NCBI RefSeq assembly: GCF_006345805.1
Contig: NC_042997.1
Coordinates: 20,522,001-20,586,000, forward strand
Direction of reading: 5' to 3'
Length of the DNA stretch: 64,000 bases
Origin: Octopus sinensis
Taxonomy: Eukaryota
Position numbers and translations under genes: made by a program. Shown piece by piece: positions 27,030 to 40,137 of the stretch. Within the stretch, counting starts at the first letter, position 1. Each line of letters starts with the position of its first letter. Under the pieces are notes generated by a model that did not search any database, had not been told where the DNA came from, and saw only the letters and a program-made list of their open reading frames with translations.

Positions 27030-27073
<44 letters not shown>

Positions 27074-27096
27074 TATATATATACATATATATATAC

Positions 27097-27128
<32 letters not shown>

Positions 27129-27852
27129 CTGATATAATCCACTAATATATAATTCTCTTCTGTTTTTGTCCAACACAAGAGATGACTGACAAAGGAAGGG
27201 CTGAAGACAAACTGAATAGAGTCTCTGAATGTATATGTATAGCAAATTGGCTACACACATTGATTGTTAGGATTATGTTTGTTTGCCTGTGTGTATATGT
27301 GTTTGTGTAAAATATATGTATGTATCCACCAATGAAAGTGGGATGGTGAAAATTCAATGGTGAAAACAAAATCAAACAATTCTTCAACCCAGTGTGAGTA
27401 TATGTGTGTATGTGTGTGTGTGTAAAAGGGAGGTATGTGAATGTTTGTGTTTGTGTGTATATGTATGTTTGCATAAAATATATTTATATATAATATTTGA
27501 GTGAGTGTATATGTGTTTGTGTATGCTTATTAAGAGAGATTCATAGAAAATACAATTACAGTCACACACTCATTTATGCATACATACATATATATATAAA
27601 CAGAAACACTTAAAAAGGAAGGAAGGGGCTGTGTATAAATGTATACATATGCACACACACACACACACACGTACACATATTCACACAAAGTTGAAGTGCT
27701 GTTTGATGTTTTATCTCTATTTTGTACCCATTTTATGTATAAAATACTACAATTAGCTGTCATTTTTTACGGCATTTTTGATGGCACAGGGCCAGCTATT
27801 ATATATATAATATATGTAAATACATATGTTACATATATAATATATATGTACA

Positions 27853-27890
<38 letters not shown>

Positions 27891-27949
27891 CATACATACA
27901 TACATACATACATACATACATACATACGTGCATACATACATACATAGAT

Positions 27950-28349
27950 TGTGGCTGTGTGGTAAGTAGCTTGCTTACCAACCACATGGTTCCAGGTTCA
28001 GTCCCACTGCGTGGCATCTTGGGCAAGTGTCTTCTGCTATAGCCCCGGGCCGACCAATGCCTTGTGAGTGGATTTGGTAGACGGAAACTGAAAGAAGCCT
28101 GTCGTATATATGTATATATATATATATAATATATGTGTGTGTATGTGTGTGTGTTTGTCCCCCTACCATTGCTTGACAACCGATGCTGGTGTGTTTACGT
28201 CCCCGTCACTTAGCGGTTCGGCAAAAGAGACCGATAGAATAAGTACTGGGCTTACAAAGAATAAGTCCCGGGGTCGATTTGCTCGACTAAAGGTGGTGCT
28301 CCAGCATGGCCGCAGTCAAATGACTGAAACAAGTAAAAGAGTAAAAGAG
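27950..28349 (+). mobile_element. SINE family A (young)
   Basis: Full-length family match. Confidence 0.9.
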
Positions 28350-29429
28350 TATATATATATATTTATATATATACATATATATATTAAGCCATATGATAGT
28401 TGCATTGGTCACCCAATCAAATGCTACTGGACATCTCTAAGAACTCACACATGGCACTGAAGATGGAAACGTATAGAGTATTAATGTCATGTAAATCTGA
28501 ATAAACTTGACCAGATCATGATGATGATGATGATGATACATACATGCACACGCACATACACACAGTTGCACTCACATATATGCACATATGCACACAGGCA
28601 CATGCTTAGGAGACCTCCAGTTATAGCAAAATTTTCCATGCAATGTCTACTATGAATAAATTATAGCAATTATGTGTATAGCTTAATGCAGTAGTGATGA
28701 TTTTGGTGGTTATATAATGGTAGTGGTATTTACAGTTGCGTATCAGAAAGCATTACTATGAGAAAGGGATATTAGATAGAGAGTGAAAGGGAGCAAGAAA
28801 ATGAGGGAAGGAAAGAGAGGGGAAGGGTCAGAGTGAGCGAGAGTGGTCTTTATTATCAATAAGTTACAGCTGGTCTTTTGACGTGCCCATCTACATAACC
28901 CTTAAGAAACGTTATTGATTCTTTGCACGGGATGGGCTGGCCATATCCAACATTATTAAATAGATGTCACAAAAATCTGAACGAGATTTAACCCCTACCA
29001 AACATGTATTAATGAGCCATTGATTTATTAAGGTATATACAAACATCTATATAAACACACATATGTGCACTGACTGTGAAAGTGAGAGAGAAAGGGAGAG
29101 GGATATAGAGAGGAGAAAGAAGAGTGAAGAAAGGTAAAGAGAAACAGAGTGAGGAGGGAAGATGAGAGATTGAAACTGACTTATCTCATTTAACGGCAAA
29201 AACATTTTGACTGCATACAACTTACTATCTATAAGCAATGGCACTTTATAACTGGCAAAGAATTTGCTAACTTACACTGCTCTGTTCTAAGGTTTGTTAT
29301 GAGCAGCTAAAGTAGAAATACACATCACTAGAACTGTTATTATTCCTGATTTCTAACATACCAAATGATAGGAGGGGAGAAGAATGGTCAGTTGAAAAGA
29401 CAATAGTATATTACTGGTATTCATTCTAC

Positions 29430-29689
29430 CGTGGAGGCACGTGGTTTAGTGGTTAGGGTGTCAGCATCATGATTGTAAGATTGTGGTTTTGATTCCAGAA
29501 CCAGGTGATGCATTGTGTTCTTGAGCAGAACACTTCATTTCATGTTGCTCCAGTCCACTCAGCTGGCAAAATGAGTAACGCTGCGATGGACTGGCATCCT
29601 GTCTAGCTAGGCAACATATACGCCATTGAAACCGGGAAACTGGGCCCATGAGCATGGCTAGGCTTTAAAAGGGCACATTTATTATTTAT
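29430..29689 (+). mobile_element. SINE with family C-like head and a different body, TSD-bounded
   Basis: TSD tattcattctac at 29418-29429 and 29690-29701; A/B boxes present. Confidence 0.75.
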
Positions 29690-29894
29690 TATTCATTCTA
29701 CTAATCATTGATCTTTATGTGGGTGAAATGTTTAAGTTCATTACTAAATACAGCAACAATAACTGCATGGCATTCTACCATTTCCCATGTTACTTCCCTC
29801 ATATATCATTATTATTACCATCAACCTCTTTCTCTTCCTCCTCCTCCTCCACCACTACCACCATCACAACCACCAAACTGATATCCTAAAATCA

Positions 29895-30170
29895 TTGATA
29901 CTGGTGCCACGAAAAAAAACGCTGGTGCTGGTACAACATAAAAAGCGTTAGTGATGGTGCCACATAAAAAGCACTAGTGATAGTGCCATGTAAAGTGCAC
30001 CTATTACACTCTGTAAATTGATTGGTGTTAGGAAGGACATCCAGCTGTAGAAAACAAGTTAAAACAGAATATGGTACCTGATGTGGGCACCAGCCTTACC
30101 AGCTCCTCTCAAATCACCTAACTCATGCCAGCATAGAAAACAGGTGTTAAATAAAGATGATGATGATAAT
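29895..30170 (+). mobile_element. RTE-tail element with ~28-bp tandem modules
   Basis: tggtgccacataaaaagc repeated about 4 times. Confidence 0.65.
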
Positions 30171-30222
30171 TATAATGATGATGATTATTGTTGTTGGTGA
30201 TATTGTTTTTGCTGTTGTTGTT

Positions 30223-30386
30223 AGGTGCAGGCATAGTTGTGTGGCTAAAAGGTTTGCTTCCCAACTATATGGTTCAAGGTTCAGTCCCACTGTGTGGCAC
30301 CTTTGGCAAGTGTATTCTACTATATCTCCAGACCTACCAATGCTTTGTGAATGAATTTGGTTGGTGGAAACTGTGTGAATGCCAGT

Positions 30387-30455
<69 letters not shown>

Positions 30456-30720
30456 ATGTGTGTGTATGTGCGTGTATGTGTGCTCACATGCACACACATG
30501 TTTTTGTTTGTGCCTGTTTGTCCCTGCCATCACTTGACACCTGGTATCGGTTTGTTTATATCCCTGTAGCTTAGAGTTTGGCAAAAGAAACCAATAAAGT
30601 AGATACCAGACTTAGAAAGTAAGAACAAGAATCGATTCAATAAAATAAAACACTTCAAGGCAGTGCCCCAGCATGGCCACCATCCAATGATGGAAACAAC
30701 TAAGAGATAAATGATAAAAG
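30223..30720 (+). mobile_element. SINE family A with expanded (GT)n
   Basis: Family match. Confidence 0.75.
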
Positions 30721-30799
30721 GGCTATTATCTTTATCATCCTCCTCTTCCTCCTCCTCCTCCTCATCATTATTATCATTATAATCATTATTATTATTATA

Positions 30800-31325
30800 A
30801 TGGAGTGAGAGAGCAGCATGTGCCATCGAAGTGACACTGGGGTACAAATATACAAAGTCCAGTATACCCATCATGACTACCTACCTGATAAAAGTACGCC
30901 AGGAACAGGCATCACAACCACATGTGCACGACATGGTGACCTCATATCATGATAGATAGCACATGACCTTGCAGTTAGGGCCCAGTTAGAATTTTCTTCA
31001 TGTCAAGTAGCCCATCCTACTCAAAAAGGTACCTGAATAAGGGTTGCTTAAAGATGATTAATGAAACACTCACGTTTCCAAGGGTGGATTATTCAGAACC
31101 CCAAAGAATCCTTCTCAGCACTTGGCTATAATACTCCCTCACTACTCTTGCTCATGATCAGAAATATACATATTGTCAGCCACTAAAAGACATACTCAAC
31201 TGGTTATGGTCAAGCATTTGACAAGAAAATCTGTGGTATTGTTGTAGACCATCTTTTACACCAAGACAAGACATGTACATGATAACACTTCCAATCACTT
31301 AAGATCAGAAACCATGAAAGCCAAA
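30800..31325. repeat. Probable interspersed repeat abutting (ATT)n (possibly Dong/R4-associated non-coding end)
   Basis: Distinct, more GC-rich block starting exactly at an ATT microsatellite. It is single-copy in this window, so the class is uncertain. Confidence 0.3.
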
Positions 31326-31494
31326 GAAGATTGTGAATTAGTGAAAATTTGAGAAAGCTGGATAGTTAATTAGTTTAAAATATATAATTTGCTTATTTAC
31401 CAGCATGCCATACTAACACTTGACATGATGTTCCACTGGTATTTAAGAGAGTTTTAAAGTGTATTATAAGAGAAAGATGTACAAATGTATTGTT

Positions 31495-32010
31495 GTATTG
31501 TGACCCCCTTCGGTCATGAATGACCATGGGATTGCACCTAGAAAGTTACCCTCCGAGGCACATGTCTGGGCAAGGTTGTTTATGGAAGACCAACAGTCGC
31601 CCACGCATACCAGCCTTCCTTCTCCATGCCACTGATGTTATCCAAGGGAAAGGCAAATGTCGATACAGCTTGGCACCAGTGATGTTGCAGCTCATTTATT
31701 AACGTGTGAGTGATTGAGCACTCCACAGACATGTGTACCTTTAACGTAGTTCTCGGGGAGATTCAGCGTGACACAGAGTGTGACAAGGCTGGCCCTTTGA
31801 AATACAGGTACAACAGAAACAGGAAGAAAGGGTGAGAGAAAGTTGTGAGGAAAGAGTACAGCAGGGTTCACCACAAGCCCCTGCTGGAGCCTCGTGGAGC
31901 TTTAGGTGTTATTGCTCAATAAACATTCACAATGCCCGGTCTGGGAATCAAAACTGCGATCCTACGACTGTGAGTCCGCTGCCCTAACTACTGGACCATT
32001 GCGCCTCCAC
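31495..32010 (-). mobile_element. Chimeric SINE: family C head/body with an RTE(BovB-like)-derived tail
   Basis: 31697-32010 matches 18985-19302, while 31495-31696 is a different module ending in a (CAA)-like tail. Confidence 0.7.
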
Positions 32011-32650
32011 AAATGTATAATCTGCAAGTATTTGTACAGTTGTACAACCTGAGTGCTGAGGTATGGTTTTGAGTGAGGCTCGAGGTGTGCTGTAATTCAC
32101 AGGAATTCTGAAAAGGATATTTTGATGATGTATCACTTTGTAGATGGTTAATTTCCTTACAATAAATTTTATTGTCCATTTAAAATGTATGCACCAGATG
32201 GGTTCCTGCAATTTTATTTGAAATTCCACTTACATAATTCTTTACTATTTTAAAAGTATTCATATTCATGATTTCCTTTCAAAGTAGAAAACTGTAGAGA
32301 GGAAAGGAGAAAAAAACAATTAAAGCCGCAAATAACACCATGCTAGAAACGTAGAATCCCAATGTAACTTAGTCTGGTGACCAAAGGTTTTGAATGATCA
32401 TAACAAACTTGACATGATGGTTGACCACTCACTTATAGCTATTTTGACCCCATTAAAGCAAACCATTAGAAGAATGATTGTATAAATAGATTTTCTATAG
32501 ATTGAACACTGATGTGAGATGTAAGATGAGTTTCTAGATGTTATAATTCACCTGAACTCTAACATGAACATCTTTGCCAACATTTTATCATGCGAATATA
32601 TAATTTTTGTTTACTCTGTTTTATCTTATTTACATATGTGATTGTGTGAT

Positions 32651-32684
<34 letters not shown>

Positions 32685-32692
32685 GGAGGGTT

Positions 32693-33080
32693 TATTGTTT
32701 ACTTGTTCCAGTCATTTAACTGGCCAAACTGCGACACTGCCTTGAAGGGTTTAGTCAAACGAATTGACTCTACTATGTACTTTTAAGCCAGTTACTTATT
32801 TTGTTGGTGTAACTGGGATGTAAGCAAGCCAACATTGGTTGACAACAGGTGGTGATGGACAAATGCAAGGACACACAGATACAGAGATGTATACACAACA
32901 CACACACACATATATGGTGGGATTCTTTCTGTTTCTGTCAATCAGATCTACTCGCAAAGCTTTGGCTGGTTTGAGGCTATAGTAGAAGACACTTGCCCAA
33001 CGTGCCACCTAGTGGGACTGAACCTAAGACCATATATTTGGGAAGTAAGCTTCTTTCCCCACAGCCATGTCTGTGCCTGT
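32693..33080 (-). mobile_element. SINE family A, diverged
   Basis: Family match. Confidence 0.75.
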
Positions 33081-33239
33081 TGAGTGATCATTCAGTTTAA
33101 AGTTTGATTATTTTTAGACATACTTCATATGTGTATATGTGTGTGTGTATGTGTGTGTATGTGTGTGTGTGTGTGTGTGTGCATGTATGTGCATGTATGT
33201 GCATGTATGTGTATGTATGTATGAATATATATCAGCCCA

Positions 33240-33705
33240 TCCGAAGCACCTTGGATTGCAGAACGACCTGCTGTGCTTACCTTGGATTGCAGGGTGACCT
33301 GCTGTGCTTGAGGAGACCTATTGTGTCAAGTACATCAATATCAAAATAAATATCAAATTGAAATTGTAGTTGCGATACCTGTGCCGGTGGCACATAAAAA
33401 GTACCCTCAAAACGTGGCTGATGCCAGTGCCACCTTGACTGGCTTCCGTGCCTGTAGCACGTAAAAAGCACCAACCGATCATGGCCACTGCCAGACTCCC
33501 CTGGCACCTGTACTGGTGGCACATAAAAAGCACCCACTACACTCATGGAGTTGATGGCGTTAGGAAGGGCATCCAGCTGTAGAAACACTGCCAAATCAGA
33601 CTGGAGCCTGGTGCAGCCTCCTGGCTTCCCAGACCCCAGTTGAACCATCCAACCCATGCTAGCACGGAAAACGGATGTTAAACAATGATGATGATGATGA
33701 TGATA
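33240..33705 (+). mobile_element. RTE-tail element
   Basis: Family match and (GAT)n tail. Confidence 0.85.
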
Positions 33706-34704
33706 ATATATATATATGTATATATATATATAAATGTATACATCCATCCATACATACATACGATCATATATATATATATATATATATATACTGACACAGC
33801 TGTATATATATGTATGTATGTAAAGTTAATATTTGTTTTTAAGTATAGTTATGTCTAAAAATAGTCAAACATTAAACTGAACAATCACTCAATATCTTTC
33901 AGTAAAATAAAATATTTATTTTATTCTTACAAGGAAAAAAAGTTGATTGACAGTTACTTTGATCGGTTATGCAGCCTTCATTGGACTGTAAATTACTTCA
34001 GTTTTTTTCAAGTTTTATACGTATATATATTTATTTGAAGCTGATCTTGTGGAAGGAATAATGTAGCTGCAAAGTAGGTGCTGTGTAATAATGTATTTTT
34101 GTGGTATATAAAGAAATATTTTTAAGGACTGTTTAATGGGGCTTATGGGAAGAAAGAGTTTTTAAGGAAAGTAGTAGTCTAAATAGGTGAAGGGAAACAA
34201 TAGAAAGGGAGAGACAGAAAGCATATATTTATAGGTTGGGATAGATAGGTTTGGATAGTAAAATGGTTTTTTTTTTTGTTTGACTGTTAAAGCTATCTTG
34301 AAACTCTTTGGGTGGTGATTGGAATTATTGTTATTCCTAGGATTCAATTTCATCCTGTACATAAAAGCTGAAAGTTAGATTTGTATATAAGTACTGGTCA
34401 GAGATAGATAATAGACAGGTCACTTTCAACTGTTTTTTGTTGGAAGCTTTGTTGAATGTAACCAAGTCATTTTGGCTAAATTGCTTAACTTTTGTGTATG
34501 ATAGCTAAATGTATGTGGGACAAATGGAAATTGTATATAAGCATAGGTCAGTGACAGGTTAAATTTAGTGGTTCAGGAATTGTTATTGCTTTTAGTACCA
34601 GAACATAGGGATAACCGTTCAAGGATATTCTATATATAATCACTGCATAACATTCCTGTTTTCTTGCCAGGGAGCAAAATTTAACACTTCACTTACCTTC
34701 AGTT

Positions 34705-34928
34705 GCTAGGCAGAAACGTTAGTGCTTCGGACAAAATGCTTATCAGTATTTCGTCTACCATTACATTCTGAGTTCAAATTCCACCGAAGTCGACTTTGCC
34801 TTTCAACCTTTCGGGGTCGATAAATTAAGTACCAGTTATGCACTGGGGTTGATGTAATCGACTTAATCACTTTGTCTGTCCTTGTTTGTCCCCTCTATGT
34901 TTAGCCCCTTGTAGGCAATAAAGAAATA
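34705..34928 (+). mobile_element. SINE family B
   Basis: Family match. Confidence 0.8.
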
Positions 34929-35643
34929 CGATATTTGCACAGAGGTGATCTTCATGAAGTATCATTGGATGGCTTTTAATTCTTCCATTAGGTTTAATCA
35001 TTTGATGACAAAAGTTGTAAGTAGTATTCAAGATGGCTGGAGTCAATGGCTTCTACTCTCTCAAATTCAATTGTTAGCAAGGTGGTGAAAGGTGCAAGTG
35101 GCAAAGGCCTTGGTAATATCAGTCTTCTGGGTTAATAAGAGCCATGATAAAGAACACCAAGAAATACAAAAACAAGTTAAAGTTGACTGCTACATTATTT
35201 CACCACTAAAAGAAAATATGACAACTGGTATACATGGATAATTCTGTTTATTTAAATACATAGGTTCACAAAACTTCTTGAAGATAAACGTATATGGGTA
35301 AAATTCAAAATATAGTGACAAGGAAATTTGACAATTCTCTCCTCACTGAATCTGCAAAGCGGAATAAAACTGCTCTCCTGCTGAAGATCTGAGCTGACTT
35401 GTGGATACCCATCTAATTGAGGAATTAGTGGGAAAAGCTTCCGCCAATTTAGCTGAAGCTGATGCTGGTGTGCTTGACTAGTCTATCACATTAAGGGGTG
35501 GACAGCCTGCATAAAGCTAGATAGACTTGACCATCACATGATGAGACAACAAAATGAGTGCCTAACGATAAAGAGGCAAAATGTGGGTATCTAAAGGGAA
35601 AGAGCAAACATGCTTGCTACAAATTCTTCAAGAATCCATCTTG

Positions 35644-35872
35644 TTTCTTTATTGCCCACAAGGGGCTAAACATAGAGGGGATAAACAAGGACAGACAAAG
35701 GGATTAAGTCGATTACACCGACCCCAGTGCATAACTGGTACTTAATTTATCGACCCTGAAAGGATGAAAGGCAAAGTCAACCTCAGCAGAATTTGAACTC
35801 AGAACATAACGGCAGACGAAATACCGCTAAGCATTTCGCCCAGTGTGCTAACGTTTCTACCAGCTCACTGCC
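35644..35872 (-). mobile_element. SINE family B with 17-18 bp TSD
   Basis: TSD cttcaagaatccatcttg at 35626-35643 and 35872-35889. Confidence 0.9.
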
Positions 35873-36084
35873 TTCAAGAATCCATCTTGCCAGCCTTTTG
35901 CAATTTGTTGCTATTTTAGTAATGAGAGAAAGAAAAGATGCATCATTACACTTATTTACTCCATGTCAGGCACTGCCTGTGATTCTGGAGTCACAATCAC
36001 TCCAGGTCTTTTGTATCCTGCTTCTGGAGATTTTGTGGGCTCAAAATTTTCAAGCATTTAATTGCATGTCATTATCTTCATCCC

Positions 36085-36560
36085 ACATCATCATCATCAT
36101 CATTGTCATTGTCGTCGTCGTCATCATCATCCTCATTAACATCATCCGCTTTCCATGAGTCAGACGGTTTGATATGGAGCAGGTTAGCTGGAAGCTGTCC
36201 AGACTCCAGTTGTCTATTGTGACGTGGTTTCTATGGTTTGATGCCCTTCCTAATGCCAACAACTTAACAGAGTGTGCTGTGTGCTTTCTATGTGCTACTG
36301 GCATGGGTGCATTTGTGCAGCACCAGCACAGGTGCGTTTACACAACACTGGCACAGATGCATTTATGCAGCACTGACACAGGTGCTTTTTATGGGACACT
36401 GGTACCTGAAGAGACAAGCCTGTATGTATGGAAGACAGCGATTTTACTTAGGTTGATGCATCTCATCAAGTACAGCAAATTGCCACATTTCCCAGTCCCT
36501 TGTCATTTCCTCAGTGAGGGTCAGTATCTGAAAATCTTTACTCATTACTTCGTTTCACAT
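36085..36560 (-). mobile_element. RTE-tail element reaching the ORF end, diverged
   Basis: Family motifs. Confidence 0.65.
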
Positions 36561-36859
36561 GTTAAGTGTTTGTGTGTGTGTGTGAAGGAAAGAGAGAAAA
36601 AAGCTCTCAATACTAATATGAAAACAGAAGGTGGGGGTGAGGGGATTCATGTCAGGTAACAAAAGGCTGAAGTATGATTGTGGGACAAGCACAAGTGTTT
36701 GCCTACAGAAGAGATATATGACAGAGAGAAATAAGAGGAAGGTAGTGATAGGGTGCTAAAACAAACTCACAAAGAACAAAAAATAATTGAGCATAAGAGG
36801 GAACAGAGGGGATGAGATAGCAGATGCTTTCAAAAGCGCCTGACGGGGGAGTAAGCAGG

Positions 36860-37360
36860 TGGACCAGAGGTTAATGCAGTGAGTAATAAACTAGGGTAGG
36901 GTGCAGATGATGGGAAATATCAGTATGTATAGGGGTAAGGTGAGCGAAATAGGAGAGGCTCTGGAAAGAGAATACAGCAGAAAGAATTTGGAAGATGTGC
37001 AAAATATAGAAGCAATGGAGAAGATATGGAAATATGTAAGATGTGTCATGATGGTAGATATGGATCATATTGAGAATGATAGAAAGCCGATAATAGAAAG
37101 TGTTTAGAATGGTATATAGCAGAGGGGAGAGAGAAGGAAGATGCTGAAGGCATTGAAAGGAGGTAATTGGCTAAAGTAGTGTTGGCAGGGATGATGAGGA
37201 ATGGAAGTAATTCCAGAATGAGAAACGGTTTGGGATAGGATGTAATATGTGCTGATTCTTCTTTGAGGTGAACATAGCAGCCACATTGTTCTACAGATGG
37301 GGGAGGATGAAAAATGGGTGGGGAAGGATGCTTAACATGTCACAATAGATTACAGGGGAA
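36860..37360 (-). mobile_element. Highly decayed CR1-group LINE 3' region
   Basis: Purine-rich + strand; minus-strand fragments weakly resemble the SFFPRT..WN.LP..FP C-terminus. Confidence 0.3.
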
Positions 37361-37494
37361 AGGTAGAGGACCTCACGTGTACATGCCTAACCAAATTATT
37401 TCAGGTTATCATTTTTGTTTAAAGGGCATGTCTTCTTGAGCACAGCCAAATGCTAATCATTTGGATCTTTTGACATATATGTGAGTGTGTGTGT

Positions 37495-37546
<52 letters not shown>

Positions 37547-37750
37547 GTGTGAGCATGAGGGTACAAGTTTGTAGTTTCATTTTCTATACTAGTAGTGTGT
37601 GTTGTGCTTTTTGAGCAAAACACTTCATCTCATTCTGTTCTGTGGTCACATAGACTCCTGATGTGTGATACACCATGCATGCACCTGTTCAGACAAAGTC
37701 AGTTTGATGGAGTGGGGAGCTAGTGTATAGCACATACATTTGATCACTAC

Positions 37751-37789
<39 letters not shown>

Positions 37790-37862
37790 ATAATATGAGG
37801 GAATATTATTTCACACTTACAGGGAAAAATTCAATTTAGAAATACTAAATCAAATTTCACAA

Positions 37863-37893
<31 letters not shown>

Positions 37894-37927
37894 CAAATAG
37901 GAAAAAAGCAACAAGAATGGATTAAAA

Positions 37928-38015
37928 TCTCGGTACGATCGTTTCGTACGAGGACATCTTTAATAAGCTACAAAAAATGCAGTGAATACAGATGGCTCGT
38001 ACTCGTCAGCCGAAA
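37928..38015 (-). ncRNA. Type I hammerhead ribozyme motif (canonical)
   Basis: TTTCGG-CTGACGA-GTACGAG[~43 nt]CTCGTAC-GAAA-CGATCG-TA^CCGAGA. All three stems pair. Confidence 0.9.
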
Positions 38016-39232
38016 AAACATCAGAGAATTCCCAAACATCAAAAGGGGTAGATACAAAAGAGGTTGTAAGATTAACTGCATTGAAGAAAGTTTGATTCAT
38101 GGAGATCCGATGAAAGGTTTTAAACTTACAGAATTTGTGCATGTCTACATATAGCTCATATTGAATTTTTAATCAAGTTGTGTGAAGAAATTTTCGGATA
38201 CAGTCATGCAAAATTTCTGAAAATCCGAGTAAGAGGCAAAGTGACTGCCATATCATGTAGAGGAAAGTCTGAGTAAAAGCAAAGTGACTGTCATATCGTG
38301 TAGAGGAACAGATTGTTATTGAAATTTACAAGAATCGCAGATAAGTTCGATTCTTGGAGATCCGATGAAAAGTCTTGAACTTACAGAATATGTGCATGTC
38401 CTTATAGTTCATAATCCAGTTTTGTGAAGAGATTTAGGGTACAATCATGCGAAAAATATCAGGGAATCCGAATGAGAAGCAAAATGACAGTCTTATATTG
38501 TGGCGGTTCAGGTTGTTAATGAATTTTACAAGAATCACAGAAAGAGGAGGAAGGAAGTAGAAATTTAATCAGTTACTGCTATTTAAGCTATCAAAGAGAA
38601 AGGAAAGGGGAAGCTAAGGGGATGGGCACAAGTTGATACTAACAGAAAATCTAAGCTTGTTTAGTGCAAAATTCGAACTGAGGTCAACAATTTATTTCTT
38701 TATTTATAAATGTTACTATTAATAGATTGTCAGGTTACAATGAGAGGTCATTAGCAAGGAAAGAAAAATGGTGTTGTTTTTAAATGAAATCAAACAATTA
38801 TATTATTATTATACTATACTATAATACACTACACTATATTATATTATATTATTTTATATTATATTATATCACATCACAATACACTACGATAGGTCTGGGA
38901 TTAGCAGAATTAATTTTTAGTGTAAAAGAAATTAAGAGATTTAACTAACTAATATTTATATATGGGTTAAAAAATAGACTAAGAAATGGAGATAAAAATA
39001 GAGCAAAATTTAATTTATTAATAATATGGTCCAATAGAAATAAATCAAATAATTTAAATCAATAAGTATTAAATAGTACCATCAGAGAGAGAAATTATAA
39101 TCATAGCTAGTTAGATCTTATCTTGCTAGTTAAATATATAATATACTATGTAGGAGTGATATGTAAGTCAAAGTGAATTTTATGCAAAATGATTCCAGTA
39201 TACAGTTATCAATTGAGATATCATTTAAAATA

Positions 39233-39439
39233 TCATTTAAAATATTTAAGAGTCTTAACTCGAGCATGTATACAAGAATTTCCAAGTTCAATTCTGCTGT
39301 TTAATTGAATTTCTCCATTATTTCTATACATTAGTATTTCAAATGCTTCCATGGAGCAAAGTTGGCAGCCTACTCTGCTATTTTTATAGGGTTTTGCTCT
39401 TCTGACTAATTCCCAATTAAGGTTATATTTGATATTTTT
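39233..39439 (-). pseudogene. C-terminal 68 aa of a Naiad-type GIY-YIG endonuclease
   Basis: KNIKYNLNWELVRRAKPYKNSRVGCQLCSMEAFEILMYRNNGEIQLNSRIELGNSCIHARVKTLKYFK*, matching the W..PY..CxLC..E..I..LN.R.E..C.H pattern. Open frame, 5'-truncated. Confidence 0.85.
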
Positions 39440-39875
39440 CGCATGATTGTACCCTAAATCTCTTCACAAAACTGGATTATGAACTATAAGGACATGCACA
39501 TATTCTGTAAGTTCAAGACTTTTCATCGGATCTCCAAGAATCGAACTTATCTGCGATTCTTGTAAATTTCAATAACAATCTGTTCCTCTACACGATATGA
39601 CAGTCACTTTGCTTTTACTCAGACTTTCCTCTACATGATATGGCAGTCAATTTGCCTCTTACTCGGATTTTCAGAAATTTTGCATGACTGTATCCGAAAA
39701 TTTCTTCACACAACTTGATTAAAAATTCAATATGAGCTATATGTAGACATGCACAAATTCTGTAAGTTTAAAACCTTTCATCGGATCTCCATGAATCGAA
39801 CTTTCTTCAATGCAGTTAATCTTACAACCTCTTTTGTATCTACCCCTTTTGATGTTTGGGAATTCTCTGATGTTT

Positions 39876-39963
39876 TTTCGGCTGACGAGTACGAGCCATC
39901 TGTATTCACTGCATTTTTTGTAGCTTATTAAAGATGTCCTCGTACGAAACGATTGTACCGAGA
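39876..39963 (+). ncRNA. Type I hammerhead motif (mirror copy)
   Basis: Same as 37928-38015 but stem III reads CGATTG. Confidence 0.8.
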
Positions 39964-40137
39964 TTTTAATCCATTCTTGTTGCTTTTTTTCCTATTTGTA
40001 ATCACCCCACTTGTCGTATGGTTAACACCATATAGATTTCCGGTGCATCCTAGTTAAGGACCATATTCATGTGAATTCTTTAGAATTCACTAGAATCTCA
40101 ATTACTTAACCGTATATATATATATATATATATATAT

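Larger units (their letters stand above)
25156..27035 (+). mobile_element. Naiad-like Penelope element: inverted pLTR, pLTR, thumb/GIY-YIG remnant, pLTR
   Basis: Body reads ILWYTPPFS..FFKILDSNLPQQHKCYSIFNQSTLKLSYSTSPN, CNCRLGSICPLQTHC, AIYKCTV, FRYDKHSKSTTLANH and PY..TCKLCLKEALHI..LLNK. pLTRs 25275-25384 and 26933-27035 are direct repeats; 25156-25268 is inverted. Confidence 0.85.
37892..40112 (-). mobile_element. 5'-truncated Naiad-like Penelope element with inverted pLTR (arms 37892-38461 and 39430-40000, tail 40001-40112)
   Basis: ~570-bp arms that are almost identical, a GIY-YIG C-terminus at 39439-39233 on minus, and (TA)n on both flanks. Confidence 0.9.

Noticed and set aside
34000-35260. 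Possible very old LINE remnant on minus
   Set aside because: Too decayed to assign by eye.
37960-39931. Duplicated 60-aa ORF MHKFCKF..
   Set aside because: It arises from the inverted pLTR arms and overlaps the hammerhead; no coding evidence.
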